From: Azolla caroliniana
Taxonomy: Eukaryota > Plantae > Polypodiophyta
Length of the DNA: 64,000 nt
NCBI GenBank assembly: GCA_043228905.1
Contig: JBHGNT010000003.1
Span: 18,414,001-18,478,000 of the forward strand
Direction of reading: 5' to 3'
Of the stretch, positions 50,803 to 64,000 are shown one piece after another. Under the pieces are notes generated by a model, which was given only the letters and a program-made list of their open reading frames with translations, was not told where the DNA came from and searched no databases. Numbering within the stretch: position 1 is the stretch's first letter; each line of letters starts with the position of its first letter. A program made the position numbers and the translations under genes.

Positions 50803-51340
50803 CTAAAAAGAGTTGCATATGTGGAAGCTAGGTATACACGGAAAATGTAGGGGGGGAGAGAGAGAGAGAGTCGGGCAGACAACAAAAAACTTTCTATTAC
50901 AATATCACTCTATCCTCAGTACATCAAAATGTGCTTAGTGACCACTTTTATACAAGCCTCTAACATAGGTTGACTCAAGTATTGACAAGTACTTTAATGC
51001 TCATTAACTGAGCATCTGACATTAACAACCTACATATTCCTATTTACATTCCTATTTTAGTAACCAGGAATATTATAGACTGTTAGTGTCTAATGCTCTG
51101 TAATGAGCATTGAAGTACTTGTCTATACTTCTGTCAATCCTCTTGGAGGACTTGTATAAAAGGTGCTCAATGAGCACATCATGGTACACAGAGTGTTATT
51201 TTTTGCAATAGAAGTTTTGTTGTCTACTCTCTCTCTCTCCTAATCTCTATGTTTACCTAATTGTCCTCTGTTGTCCGGTTGAGCCGACTGTGTCTGTTTG
51301 TGTAAGCTTCCGACGCTTCCGAATATGCAACTCTTTAAAA
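50803..51340. repeat. Imperfect inverted repeat of two LTR-related fragments (about 260-bp arms)
   Basis: Matching blocks include AAAGAGTTGCATAT vs ATATGCAACTCTTT, GACAACAAAA vs TTTTGTTGTC, TTTTATACAAG vs CTTGTATAAAA, and AAGTACTTTAATGCTCATT vs AATGAGCATTGAAGTACTT. The centre is near 51060. Confidence 0.75.
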
Positions 51341-53463
51341 AAGTCATGGGGAGAATGTACATAAGTTATGATAAAATAGGGTTTAAACAATGGTTAGGCT
51401 TAATACCATGATTTCGGTGGGTTTTTTTACATAGAATCGTTTCATGATTATTCAAAAATGGTTATGAATCAACACAAAAAAGGCTAAAAATAATCTCGTG
51501 AAGGCAAGTCTAGTGGGCTCTGAGCTCGACTAGCTCAGAAGGCTATATTGCCTCGATTCGGAGTAGCTCCCGTGCCACTACAATCTCCCTTATACAACTA
51601 ACCACCAAGTTGACCACCACCGAGATGCCAAAGAAGTCGTTGTAGAAGGAATCCAAACCCTAAAATCCTAAGTCCTCTAGTATGTTGAGGAGAAAAGAAG
51701 AAAAGAAGAAAGAAGAAGCTCTGAAATCCTAACCCTAGAAGAAAAAGAAGAAGGAGAAAGGGATAATGAGAAAGGGAGGCTACCAAACCCTAACCCTTGA
51801 AGAAGTGAAGAGGAAGATGAAAGCCTAGTGGTACACCCCTAAGAAAAAATGGGTGACTTCTAAATAAGCCCTATTCTTCCCTTCTCATAGAGGAAAAAGA
51901 GGCACCCATTTTTGCATTCAATGCTTTTATTATTTCTTGTGTTAGGAGAGACTCAAACTCTATACCCCTTTGTACACACATAATAATCATAACCACTAGG
52001 CTACTAACACTTAATTGTTGTTTATTTATTTTCATTTATACATGGCTTTGTGAAATGTGTGTGGAACCTCACTTTTTCTCATTTTCTCACACTTGATATG
52101 CCACACCACAACACCGAATTAAACAAGAATCGTATAGGAGATTCATTGATATACACGTTTGCATGTAGTAAATCATTGGGTCCCAATACATTGCAAGCGA
52201 AAGAGTATTTAAAACTAATTAAATTATTTGTATAGACCTCGAGGACATCAAGAATCTGAGCTTAATGCTCTCCAGCTTTGCTTTTGTTATCATGGTCTTG
52301 GAATTGGAGCTTTTGTTAGCTCTTTTGTGGAGCCCTTCTTTTTGCAAAATACATCAACTAGAATTTTCACTTGAAATCTCGATTCAAGAATTTGTTGGGT
52401 GTCTTGTGTTTCCAAGCAAATTGCAATTGCTTGGTCCCAAGTGCTTAAGGTTTATTATGTATAGGTTTATCATGTTCATTCTTTGAAAGCGCAATTTCAA
52501 CAACCTCTTCAATGGATTTTGGATCCTTATTGTTTATCCAATGATAGTCTAAATTTAGAATGCCATTGACAAAACAAACAGTTAACCAATTGTCCCCTTC
52601 AAGACCAAATTTTTGAATCAAGGTTCTAGGATGGTGAATATAATCCTGAATTAAGGAGAAAATTTGGCTAGAAAGGGTCGTGAGTGTCGCTTGTGCTTAT
52701 CTCACTGCAAGATGGAGGTTGTATAAATTTATCATGGAAAACCATGACATAATGTGTTCAAGTAGTTGGCAAATTTTCAATAGTGTGAAGCCCATGCCAC
52801 CAAGAAATGGCCTTTTCCCCTAGTTCTCGACCAAAGTAGGCAATCTTTGTGGGATCTTCATACTATACTTGGGATAGAGCTCAAAATGAGACTTGTATCG
52901 ACCAAGCCACTTGCAAATTGCTTTTTCATTTCTCTCCTTTTGCTTCTCATAAATGGCTTCACAATAAAGGTAGTTCACATTGACGTTCATTTGGTCTATT
53001 AGTGTCTTGATACATGTTAATGGCATGGGCTTTAAGAATGCCATGAGATTGCCGAAGTTCGAAAATCTCATTCAAGGTGGAATTTAGGAAATTTTGTATT
53101 TGTAAATATATGACTTAATTGGGATTACCCTAAGAATAGTTCCTTAAATCCCTCTTGCTTGGGAGGATGTCATTAGGTGGTTGTTATGAGCCATTAATAT
53201 GATGTTTGACAAAAAAAATAGGACAAAGTCAAAAATTGCAATAGCATAATGTCGTAATGTAAACATATCCTCAGCAATCAATAATCAATATATCTAGACA
53301 TATGAGATAAGAATCATGATTATGTAAAATGTGGTAACACAAAGGTGTTTCAAAAACAATGGAGGGTGAAAAATTAATGTTTTTTTCTTAATCTATGTAT
53401 TGAGTTTCTCACAGATTCAACTCCTCAAGGCTCAGCCCCATTGGCCCACCAATATGGTTTCAA

Positions 53464-53812
53464 CTCTTTATTTCCCACCAAGGACCCCGAAGTGCATTTA
53501 GACCTGAAGTCTACACATGTTTTATAGTCATATGTGTTAATAATGTTGTTTGGTTTTGGTCAGATTTGAACTTGTAAACTTGAGAACAAAGTTACTAAAA
53601 CACTCGAGCTAACCAAATAGCTCACTCATAGTAAATATGGTTTGCTCACCTACATAGTTTCATCTCTTTGTTTCCCACTAGGGACCTCGAACTGCATTTT
53701 GAACTAAAGTCTAAACATGTTTTATAGTCATATGTGTTAATAATGTTGTTTGGTTTTGGCCAGAATTGAACTTGTAAACTTGAGAACAAAGTTATTACCA
53801 AATAGCTCACTT
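53464..53812. repeat. Approximately 200-bp tandem duplication
   Basis: ACATGTTTTATAGTCATATGTGTTAATAATGTTGTTTGGTTTTGG...CTTGAGAACAAAGTTA occurs at about 53515 and 53715. Confidence 0.85.
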
Positions 53813-56319
53813 ATTTGTGTAAAACATATATGAAGTTTGTCCCGTGTGGCTTGTCACATGGTTACTTCATAAAGAAGGCCTTTTAGTGACGGTCTTGTAG
53901 CGGTCATGTAATCAAGTAACAAGTGTGGGATATTAGATGTGAGTCTCATAAGGGCAACTTGTGTGAAGTGGGTCAAGCCCTTACCCCCTCAAATGGATGA
54001 GGAATAGATGTGTGACCACATCTAATGCATCTTGCACACAAATCATCATGGACATTCTTATTTAGTTTTTATATATGACACAATCGGGACGACCAACAAT
54101 GATAACAAAAATGTTGTTAAAGACAGATGGTGACCATGCCTTCCCCATGAAAATGTGAAGACGGCCCCCATGATCCTACACCCCAAATAGGACAATGACA
54201 TACAAATATCATGTACTAATTCCTCAAATGATATTACATATATACAACATGTATATGATCACATGGCAATACATGTGATTACATTTGTATACATAAAAGA
54301 ATCCTAAACGAAGACATAAACCAATGACAATGTAATTGAAATATGTTATTGAGGCCTTTGGCCGCCTCTATACACACGACACCCAAATTAGTTTATGCAA
54401 TATGCAATTGCGGTATTGACCTCATAGCCATACGAAACACACATCGCACATCAATCATGTATCGTATGAATTTTGAATAATGTAAAACCATATATCATTT
54501 ATGCAATGGACACATGAACCTCATACACATACATAATGCATCTATGATATATATGTTTAAAATATGACCACGACAACATGATTTTTTATACTCTAACATA
54601 ACGATTGAAACTTGTGTAATCATGAGAGAAGAAACAATTGAATAAAAACAAAAATTAGAGATTAACGGAAAGGAAATACTAAAGTTCTTTTGTTGACGAC
54701 TTTCTAGATACACCTCATATTCATAGCTAGACCCAAGGTTCCTAGAAAAGTTCGCACTTGGGCCCTTAAGGGATGTCTCAATCCCTAGGATTTAAAGTAA
54801 TCCTCCCTTCTTTACATTCTTGATCCTCATGTATAGAAAACCACAATACAAACTACCACGAAATAAGTTATGGTTATGCCCATAACACGATAGTCCAATG
54901 GCAATACATCGTGAAGAATCTTTTTGAACACGACTTACTTCAATTATATTTAGATCAATTCCTCATGGAATATTTGATGTTTTATTACAAACTACTATTA
55001 AAGCATTAAAGCATCAAAACATTGTAATTAAAGCATTTTTAATGCTTTTATTACAATGTTTTGATGTTTTGCCCATACAATTTTCTTTTTTAGCCATGTT
55101 GAACTTGTTTTTCTAATGAACTATAACTCTTATCATCAATATTATATACATTATCATGATTAATTACAAGTTATTCAAGCAATGTACATTATATTCTTTG
55201 ATAATATTTCTCGCTTGTATTTTTCCAACTAATAATGTCCAATGAATGTATTTCTCATTTTGCTCTTAGAAAAGAGTTCAAACAACTTTGCTAAGAGAAT
55301 AGGTTGTTTTGCTAACCGTTCATCTACATGATTTTCGATGGATTTGTTAATGAACTAATATGGTTAGAAACTTTCTATGAGACTTTGCATTATTTGCCCA
55401 AAGACCCTCAAAAGCAACAAGTTTCAAGTAGTACTAATTATTGACTATAGTTTATCAAGAACTTCTTGGTTAACGCATGCCCTTGGCCTTTACTTCATTT
55501 GAGAAAAATAAACATGACCATATAATACACATAAAAAATACCAAGAATGAGGATCAAGAAAACAACCTCAACATGTGCGGAATCAATCAATCAAATCAAC
55601 GTTTCCACATGCGTTGTTGTGACAATAGGTTAGTTTTTCTATGCAACTACCATTGAAGCTCCTCTCATTGATTTCCCCATGATCTGTAGAACATTTGTTT
55701 TCTCAAATTTTAGTAGCTTTTATGTAGTGATGAATCTATGCATGTTCGTCTCAACTATCTCCAAAATATGCAAAGGATTTTGAAATTCCGCATCAAGTAA
55801 TCTATCACCTAATGACCAAGCCAAAACACATAGTTTCTAATTACAAAAGTAATATGTCCTTACACATCCTTGCCATTAATTCTAAGTTGGTTGGTTTTAA
55901 GTTTATGATGCAGTGTCATACAAAACAAATTGGCAAAGATATTAGAAGCCACATCAGAAAACATATATGAGTAAGATGTCATCTAGGAATTTTATGGGTT
56001 AGTTTTGTACATCAAAAGGATTAGCTTAATTATGCAATGGTCCATAGTTTCATTAATGGGTGCCTGATAGTTCATATTTGACTAACGAAGCATAACGTAG
56101 TAAGAAAATAAAGACATCAAGAATCCAACATAGTATAGTATAGTTACAACATCAAAACTCTTCATTTTTCAATGAACTCTTCAAATTGGTAAAATAAAGG
56201 CCTTAAAACATAAAAACTCCTCATAGTTTTACTTGAGATCATGCATAACACCAAAACTTCTCAACTAAAAACATACCTTTAGATCATCGACATTAACATT
56301 GGTACATAACAATTATTAA

Positions 56320-56684
56320 CTCCTATTACTGCCGAATCTCACGTTGTGTTGGAATTGGTTATCCCAATAACTCTTTGGACTCTATGGAAACAACGGTGTA
56401 GATGAGTCTTCTCCAACCAAACAACGCATCCAGTGATGTTAATGCACGAGATATGGAGTGAAGTTGTAGCCACTCTAAAGAGCCAATATGATGGCCTCAA
56501 AGGCGGCTCCGATGGAATTGAAAGATAATGACTAGCCTTCATTCAACAATGGCCAGCCTCTCCCTTTCTTGAGTTATTGGGCATCCACATAGGATGGAAC
56601 TATCACGTCCCTACAAGGATTTATATATAACACTCTCATCTATAAAATTTTATAACTAATAGGATTTTTTTTGGAAAAAAAAAC
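56320..56684 (+). mobile_element. 5'-truncated LINE 3' end (same family as 10473-12694)
   Basis: Reverse-complement homolog of about 10500-10850 (their antisense ORFs share [22 protein letters not shown]). It ends in an A-run. Confidence 0.8.
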
Positions 56685-58991
56685 ATGTTAGTGCGTTCGA
56701 ATTCAAACCAAATTTTTATGTTCTTGACATGATATACATCCATCCATATCATGCACATTCTAGAGCTACATGAAACCGAACTTAACCCCATTTCATATTC
56801 AATTTCAGAACAATATATAGTTGTAGTGAAGGGTATTCACTTTTTCTTGTTTTGAACTAGTTTTGTTCGCTTTGCACTTAGGACATATTGCCTCTCACAT
56901 TTGAAAATACATTACAATATTTTAGTACAAAATGGTTAGTAACGCTTGCATGGTTCACATATTCCTGAGCCATTCAACTTTTAATGCATCTACGCATCAC
57001 ACAATATGCTTACACTTTTGATGTGTTAATGTTTGCGATGAAGTGAAGTTGATTTTTTTTTATGGTTCCGTCATGTTATTGCTTTTCGTGTGACATGAAA
57101 CATTTCACCCTAAGTTATTAAACCACGATGCTTTATAATGCATAAGAAAAGAATATCCATTGGACCATTTCCTTTCAAAACAATATTCTATTCCGAAAGG
57201 AGCCTTTATCAAGTTATTTGTCCCGTTGCTAAATCCTCAAATAGATTTATGTGGAAAACATCAAGGGATTGTTACATATTACATGATTTGCCGTTGTTGT
57301 CTACTATCTGGATGAGAGCCAACTTCCATGAATAGGAAAATTTATCAAAAGAGTATTAGTTTTAGGTAAGAGGGCCCAATAAAGATTTTGAAAAGTATGT
57401 AGGCAGTGAGATATGGGATCTTGAAAATTCCATTTAAAAAGAGCTTTATTCTTATGAGAGAATATTGTAAACAAGCTGGAAACACATTGGATGATTGATG
57501 TTAAAGTGAATAAGATAATAATCCTCACGAGGACAAAATAAATACATTACATCCATTCGTCATGGGCTCTATGAAAATACAAGCAAAATATAGATGTATG
57601 GGAACAAATATACATGACTTCATCATCGATACATTGCAAAGGGTTGACATTTGGGCCACAAATATATAAGTAGCCATTGAAAATCCGTATATGATCCACA
57701 TTAAAGTCTAAAAGATGCCTTCCCTGGCACAAATGTGGCATCTGCAACTGTAGCTATATGCTGGATAAAATTGCATTGCTCTATATGGATCTACAAGTTC
57801 ACCAACCCAAAATCATCAATTCCTTATATTTGACACAAATGACCTTTCATTCACTTATGACCATTCAATTTCATTTATGATTCTATCAATTAGCAAAACA
57901 AAAAAAGGGAAAGAAGGTGGAATTGAATTTCTACATCTACTTACTTTTTTTATGCAATGATCGGTGGATGATGTCAATAACATTATTGCATATGTGAAGA
58001 ATAAAACAGATCAAGGATTGGATGGTAATGCATAAGACAACTTCAATACGTGCGCTATTGATGATTCACCATATCTTCTATTGTGTGTGAGCTACCATGT
58101 TGAAAAATGAAAACCAAACAATGATACCCACAATGTGATGCATATACGATGGAGAACTCTTAGCTCTTGGGAATGTCTTTTTGTTCCTAGTAGGTAAGGG
58201 AAAACAGTAATAATTGGAGCTATAGGTTGAGTAAAAGTTGAAAAATAACCTCAACAACGCAACATTTACAAAATGACTACTTATGTGGATAGGAGAACGT
58301 GGGATTGACACATACACAGTAGAATAGGCCTTAATTTTATGTTACACATAGTGGATTGAAATGAATGTGCATGTGGACATGCTCACACCCGACGACAGAA
58401 ATGTAACATACACAATATATGTGCTATGTGCCTTTGTGACAACAAAATTGCATCTTACGTTGTGATCCCATTTCTCTCATGTGTGTTGTCAATAGTTTCC
58501 GACATCACGATGAGCTTTGACAAGCCAATCTCAAGAAAAACTAGAATTCAAGGAGCTTTCGCATGCAAAACCTGAGGTACCTAGGATTTAGGGAGCTACT
58601 AAATAACAATACGGAAGGATCTAGACTCTCTAGACTGTCCAGCTTCAACCCTTGACAAGTGTTCCCATGTCTTAGATTGGGCCTTCCCTAGTTCCTCGAA
58701 AAACAAAAATTGCCCATTTCTCTATTGTGTTGATTATCACGAGTTTTTTCCAAAGAAGCACATCTAAGGGGGGGGGGGGGATCGATTGTTGGTCTACATG
58801 ATTAACTCGTGCCAAAGGCGGAATCAATGTCATGGGCTTTTTGGCCATATCGGCTTGGGGATCTACCAAAAAACTTGTTGTGGACATAAATGTATGGTAT
58901 GCAAGACACCGAGACCATGAGATTGGCGCGATCAAAACGAACAAGCGGACCATGAGGAGAGATGCCCTATGAGCTATAACTAAGCTAAACG

Positions 58992-59025
<34 letters not shown>

Positions 59026-59112
59026 GAATGTGTGTGGGAAGTACGGTAAATGTACATGCATACATATGTGGGAAATTATATATACATATGTTACATAATG
59101 GGAGTATTTATT

Positions 59113-59750
59113 TTATAATGTAAATTGATGAATAATACATAATTGATTGGAGGAGGCGGACTTACGGTCGTCGAGAGGCGGCGGCGGAGGAGGCGGTGGA
59201 GGCGGAGGAGGAGGTGGATCTGGCGCCGCCGGTTTGGCTCCTTCCTCTGCCGCCGGTTTCGCTTCTGCTGCCGGCTTCGCAGCCTCTCCTTCTGCTGCCG
59301 GTTTCGCAGCCTCGCCTTCTGCAGCCGGTTTCGCGGCGTCTCCGGCGGCGGCCGGTTTCGCCGAGCCGGCTTCCTCCGCCGGCTTGGCGGCTCCTCCGTC
59401 CGCCGCAGGTTTGGCGGCGGTTTCAGGCGGTTTCTCGGCTTCTGCTGCTGCAGGGGGTGGGGGTGGGGGTTTGGGGGCCTCGACGTCGCCATCGATACAG
59501 CTCGCGCAGCGCTTCTCGATCCATCCTTCGAAGTCGTAGTCTGAGACGCCGCTCCAGTGGCGGCCGATGCAGGATCGCCCCACGATGGCCGCCACCACGC
59601 CAAGCACCATGATCACCGCCACTACCACCACCAATGGCCCCACTGTCCCGGTCCCGGTCCCGGCCGAAGAAGAAGACGAGGTGGCCTCGGCCATCACCGC
59701 CTCGTGTGTGAAACCGTCCCCCGGGACATCGGTGCCCCCCACTGCTCTCA

Positions 59751-59781
<31 letters not shown>

Positions 59782-59889
59782 TATCATCGTGACATATCTC
59801 GTGGTCGCGGTCATCGGCCTCGAGATCTTCTTCGTCTTCTTCTTCGCATGGAATGTCTTAGATTGTGTTGTGGTGCCTTGAATATCCAT
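59113..59889 (-). CDS. Single-exon plant single-pass membrane protein (GPxxxV...GRxC...YDFEGWIExxCxSCIDG family) with Pro/Ala/Glu/Lys-rich tail, up to 258 aa
   Basis: Open 258-codon GC-rich frame. The TM segment GPLVVVVAVIMVLGVVAAIVGR is followed by the conserved YDFEGWIEKRCASCIDG, then AAKPAAEGE repeats and poly-Pro. The true start codon is uncertain. Confidence 0.8.
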
Positions 59890-59907
59890 GGCAATGAATG
59901 AACTAAT

Positions 59908-59942
59908 ATGTGTTTGTGTTTGTGTGTGTGTGTTTGTGTGTT

Positions 59943-60001
<59 letters not shown>

Positions 60002-60003
60002 GA
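59908..60003. repeat. Compound (GT)n(GA)n microsatellite upstream of the membrane-protein gene
   Basis: Read directly from the sequence. Confidence 0.9.
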
Positions 60004-63000
60004 TGATTGATTGATGATGATGATGATGCTTGGGTTATATTGTCCTCCTCCCTCTTGGGGTCTCTTCTTTTACTTAGAAAAAAATGATCTCCACACACTT
60101 GTATACCGAGGAGGCTCAAGAGCAAGGCAAACGAGGGAGCAAACTTACACCTAACGAAGATGGCACTTAACCATTATTCATCGAGGCCACATCATGCTTC
60201 TTGTTAGTGTCGCCCCCCTATATAAAAATACACTACCTTCTTCTTCTTTTTTCTTTTTACTCAAATGCAATGCGAGAAGAAGAAGATTAAGAATTGTGTT
60301 GCCATCTTTAAAGGTGTATTCATCAAGACCAAAAGAAATAGACATCTTATTAACTCATATGTTGGTGCGTGCCATTGAGTGTTATAAATACAATACTTTC
60401 AGAGAGATAGAGAAGAATATGACATCCGAGGCTTAGAATTAGAAATCGATTCATGTACACAAATCTCGTTGTTTCTAAGACATATTAATCATGATGTCAT
60501 TTACAAGAAGGATTGCTACCTCCAACAACAATTGCCTCATCCAAACAAACAAGATAGACTCATGTACTACTATGCTTGTGTGTGAAGATCTCGACTTTGA
60601 TGTCATTATGCTACTATGCAAAGATTGAGATTTTTTACCACTTCAAGATTGAAAGCATTGCCCATACATTGATAACAAAATATAGAACCAATACTAGAAG
60701 GATCAATATACTTACATCAACCTCCCATGTTGCACCATGTTGGTTCCATCTTCTGCTTTATCTTTGCGTTCTTTACCTTTTCTCTCTCTATATGTCTCTA
60801 TGAACGCAATGGTTTATAAAATTATACCTTTTATATAAATATATCCACCATGTTTTTATAGTCTGCGTAGTTGAGTATATTTATACCCATATGCCTTTTC
60901 GTAGAGGTCTTTTTTCATATGTCATAATTGCATTAATCAATGAGCTTGTCTATTTCAAAACTATAATCCTCTTGTTTACTTGTCACATTGAGCCAAAGTT
61001 TGTATTCCTATCAACCTTGATTTTTACCACGAAACAAATCCCTCAAACTTGATTCCATATATGTCTATTTGTAGGTTAATGTTGTTGGGCTATACATAGA
61101 GTTTGTCAGACTACATGTACATTCACACACACACACACACCTTGCACATCTCCTTTATGGATGAAATTTCACAAAAATAAGGAGAGCACGCTATATCTCG
61201 TAGACTTCAATCACCGTAACGTGTGTTGAAGATAGCTTCATTGTCTCTCGTAGACATTTTCATGTGTTTTACAAGTCCTATCAAGAAATTCGACATTATT
61301 CCTTTCTTGCAATTATTAAAATCCTATATGAATGAAAAGAAGTAGAATTTGATAACCAACTAGGCCATATACCTTCTAAGCGCATAGAGAGGTACAATTT
61401 TACGTAAAGGAGGGAGCTCAAAAGAATTCGTGTGAGAGATGAGAAAATAACATTTCGATTAAATCAGTCACTAGAAAAAAGAATTGTCATTGTAGTGTTT
61501 TCCTTATTTTATGCCTTATGAGAGCAACATAGTGTCTAGGAAATACAAGGGAGGGGTATGGTAGTATATTCCTTATTATACAAATTATGGACGCAGAATT
61601 TAGGTCATGAGAAGTAAAATAACAATGCTAGTCAAAATTATGTCTTGTTTGAACATTTACAAGAACTTTCCCTGTTGGTATATTAATAGCAACATAATAA
61701 ACCATATTTGTATTTGATCATCATTCTAAGATAGGATGCTCCTTTACCTCCCCCACCCCTTTCTCTTTACTTTTACAACTTTTATAGGCTTGCTTTGATA
61801 GGGTTGTCCTTGAGCTACTGTTCAATGACATATATTCTCTTTAAAGTGCATAGCATGGATCTACTTTTTGGTGGCATCTTCTTTTGAAAGATGTTTGGCA
61901 TCCACAATTTTGGATAAATAATGTCAGTCTTTTTAAATTCTTTTCGATAAAATTTTAACAGTAAGTTCATTTTTGGGATCTCACAAGTAGTAATGAATAG
62001 AGAAATTATTATTGCTCATACAAGTTGAAATATGACTTATGGAGCCAAAGAAACACTTTGATACAATGCATGCGGTGTTGATAAGTGACGCCCTAAGTTC
62101 GACAATTTTACTAATGAATGGTAAAATTGAAAATGGGAAAGGTTTCATGCAATGTATATGGAGCTAATAAGTGATTAAAAGAATTTTACAAATCGATGGT
62201 GCAATTAAAAGTGCACATTTTGTTTGTTTGTTTGTGTGTGTGTGTGTGTGCATGTGTGTGTGCGTGCGTGCGTGTGTGAGAGAGATATAGAGACAGAGAC
62301 AGAGGGCCTTTGATCATATTCGACGATCCTTTCCACACATTTTGACCAAGCAAAATCCTTGTACGAATTTCTCTCACAATCCATAATGTGCACTCTCGAT
62401 TGAATATATTTCATTTGTTCGGTGGAATTGGAACATAGTAGGCATAGATTTCTTTCATGCCCATATGTATCAATTTAGTGTAGATGTGTATCAATTTAGT
62501 GTAGATGTCTCTAACTGGAGTAAGCCTATCCTTCTTCAATTGGGTTTTTGCACATATGGAGAATATTGAAACGATGCCTCATTTCCAATTTATTTTCCAA
62601 TTCTTGAGGTATTGGGGGCTATGGTTCAATTGGAATATGCGGAATGCCTTCACTTTTGATTTGCAAGTTGGGGTGAGAAAATATGTTATAAAGTTAAAAG
62701 GACTTCTTTTGTGGCAGTTGACAGTGCTAGAGAGTCACGAAATCTCAACAATGAAGAGAGAGAACTCTACAAGGTCACATATCATCATATTCGCCATTTG
62801 AATCGGTGTGTAGGGTGGCATTGATTTTGGAGTCATAATAGTATTTAGATCCCTCAAATGGTTCTATACTTTCTAATAATTTAGTCATGGTGGTGATTTT
62901 TTCTTTCGTAATGAAAGCCATTATTTGAGATAGATAGATAGATAGATTCTGTTATCATTTTCGGAGGTCAAATATGACCTGTAAGACCAAAAATATTACA

Positions 63001-63731
63001 TTTCACGTGATACGTGTGAAAGTGAGTAGCGACCTTGATGTTCAAGAACTTTACCAATGAATGTTGCATTCAAGAGTGCACATTGTGGTTGTTAGAAAAA
63101 TTTGTGCAAGGATTGGGCTTGGTCGAAGATATGCAGAAAGCATGGTCAAATATGATAAAAGGTAGACCAGTGTATCAAAGTGTGATATTGAGACTCTCGA
63201 ACCTGTTTAGGGCAAAGTGTGTATAGTTGACCACTCTCATCACTTGTGCCCCAATGTCCTGTCTCACATCGCAATGCATGTGAGCTAAGTCACATGGAAG
63301 CAATGGTTTGAATGGCAGATCTCGGCCTCACTAGCTTCTTCCTCAGAATTCTGAATGGAGTGGATGGGGATTGGAGATTGAGGCAAGTACCACGAAGCCG
63401 ACTCGGTGAAAACGAACTCTCAGCTTACTCGGATGTCCTTCTGTTACGGGCATGACCATATAATATCCCGTGGTGAGAATTTACCGTAGTATTCTATACA
63501 CGTGGATAAGTGTGAGGGTTAAATGAGAGTGTAAAGAAGGGGAGGATTGCTTTTCATCCTCGGGATTGAGACAACCCATTAGGCCAAGTGTGAACTTGCC
63601 TTGGGGCCTTGGGTATCGCTATAAATATGAGGCCTAGTTACCCTCATATCATCATCTATTGACTACGTCGAGACTCTGTTTTTGTGGTGGGTTAACTCTT
63701 GTAGCGAGCACAACCTCACAATTCTAAGACA

Positions 63732-64000
63732 TTGTCTATGGGTAAGTGCGCTAAGTTAGCCCCACGGTTTTGTGGACCTTTTGAAGTCCTCAAATGCATT
63801 GGTTCATCAACCTATCATCTCACTCTTCCCGATGACATTGAAATTCATCTAGTTTTTCATGTAAGTCGTCTAAAAGAACTTTTGAAGAAACTCTGGTTAC
63901 TTTTGAAGAATTATCTTCTAAACCACATGTACCAGAAAGAATTCTCATTGTTAAAACAAAAAAACTGTGTACAAAAATAATATGAGAATTTAAAATTGAA
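63732..64000 (+). mobile_element. Gypsy integrase C-terminal fragment
   Basis: KLAPRFCGPFEVLKCIGSSTYHLTLPDDIEIHLVFHVSRLK is the GPF/Tf2-type SH3-like module. Confidence 0.8.

Noticed and set aside
52500-53100. Possible decayed coding or TE remnant
   Set aside because: No motif I can assign with confidence; needs BLASTX.
57100-58330. Possible ancient LINE remnant
   Set aside because: Too degenerate; no diagnostic motif could be recovered by eye.
59091-59901. Alternative-frame ORFs overlapping the membrane-protein gene
   Set aside because: GC-rich repeat shadows; only the 59113-59889 frame carries the conserved family motif.
62950-63720. Possible solo LTR (TG...CA, TATA-like motif)
   Set aside because: No second copy, PBS, PPT or convincing TSD in the window.

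Overview
Eukaryotic land-plant genomic DNA. The TE lineages suggest a non-seed plant such as a fern (inference). I could reconstruct three host genes. (1) A 5-exon NEP1-interacting-protein/ATL-like RING-H2 E3 ligase (+, 6627-17813); the ORF track shows only fragments of exons 1-2. (2) A convergent 8-exon TLDc-domain gene of the MEAK7/TLDC1 type (-, 21178-27211). (3) A single-exon single-pass membrane protein with a poly-Met tract (-, 59113-59889). Most of the remainder is transposon-derived: a decayed Sola1-like DDD DNA transposon (about 205-5054) with a deleted second copy (12695-14365), L1-type LINE pieces, and a nested LTR-retrotransposon cluster at 28.5-50.8 kb (four Copia elements, one deleted chromovirus, two solo LTRs). 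The most unusual signal is a 51-bp-periodic array of 25-bp palindromes whose homologous 26-bp spacers occur in both orientations, present in both Sola-like copies. Other candidates are a probable self-priming (tRNA-independent) PBS in the chromovirus, a Copia family whose pol frame runs past RNase H to a second PPT, and an LTR-derived fold-back. All alignments and translations were done by eye; no database searches were run.
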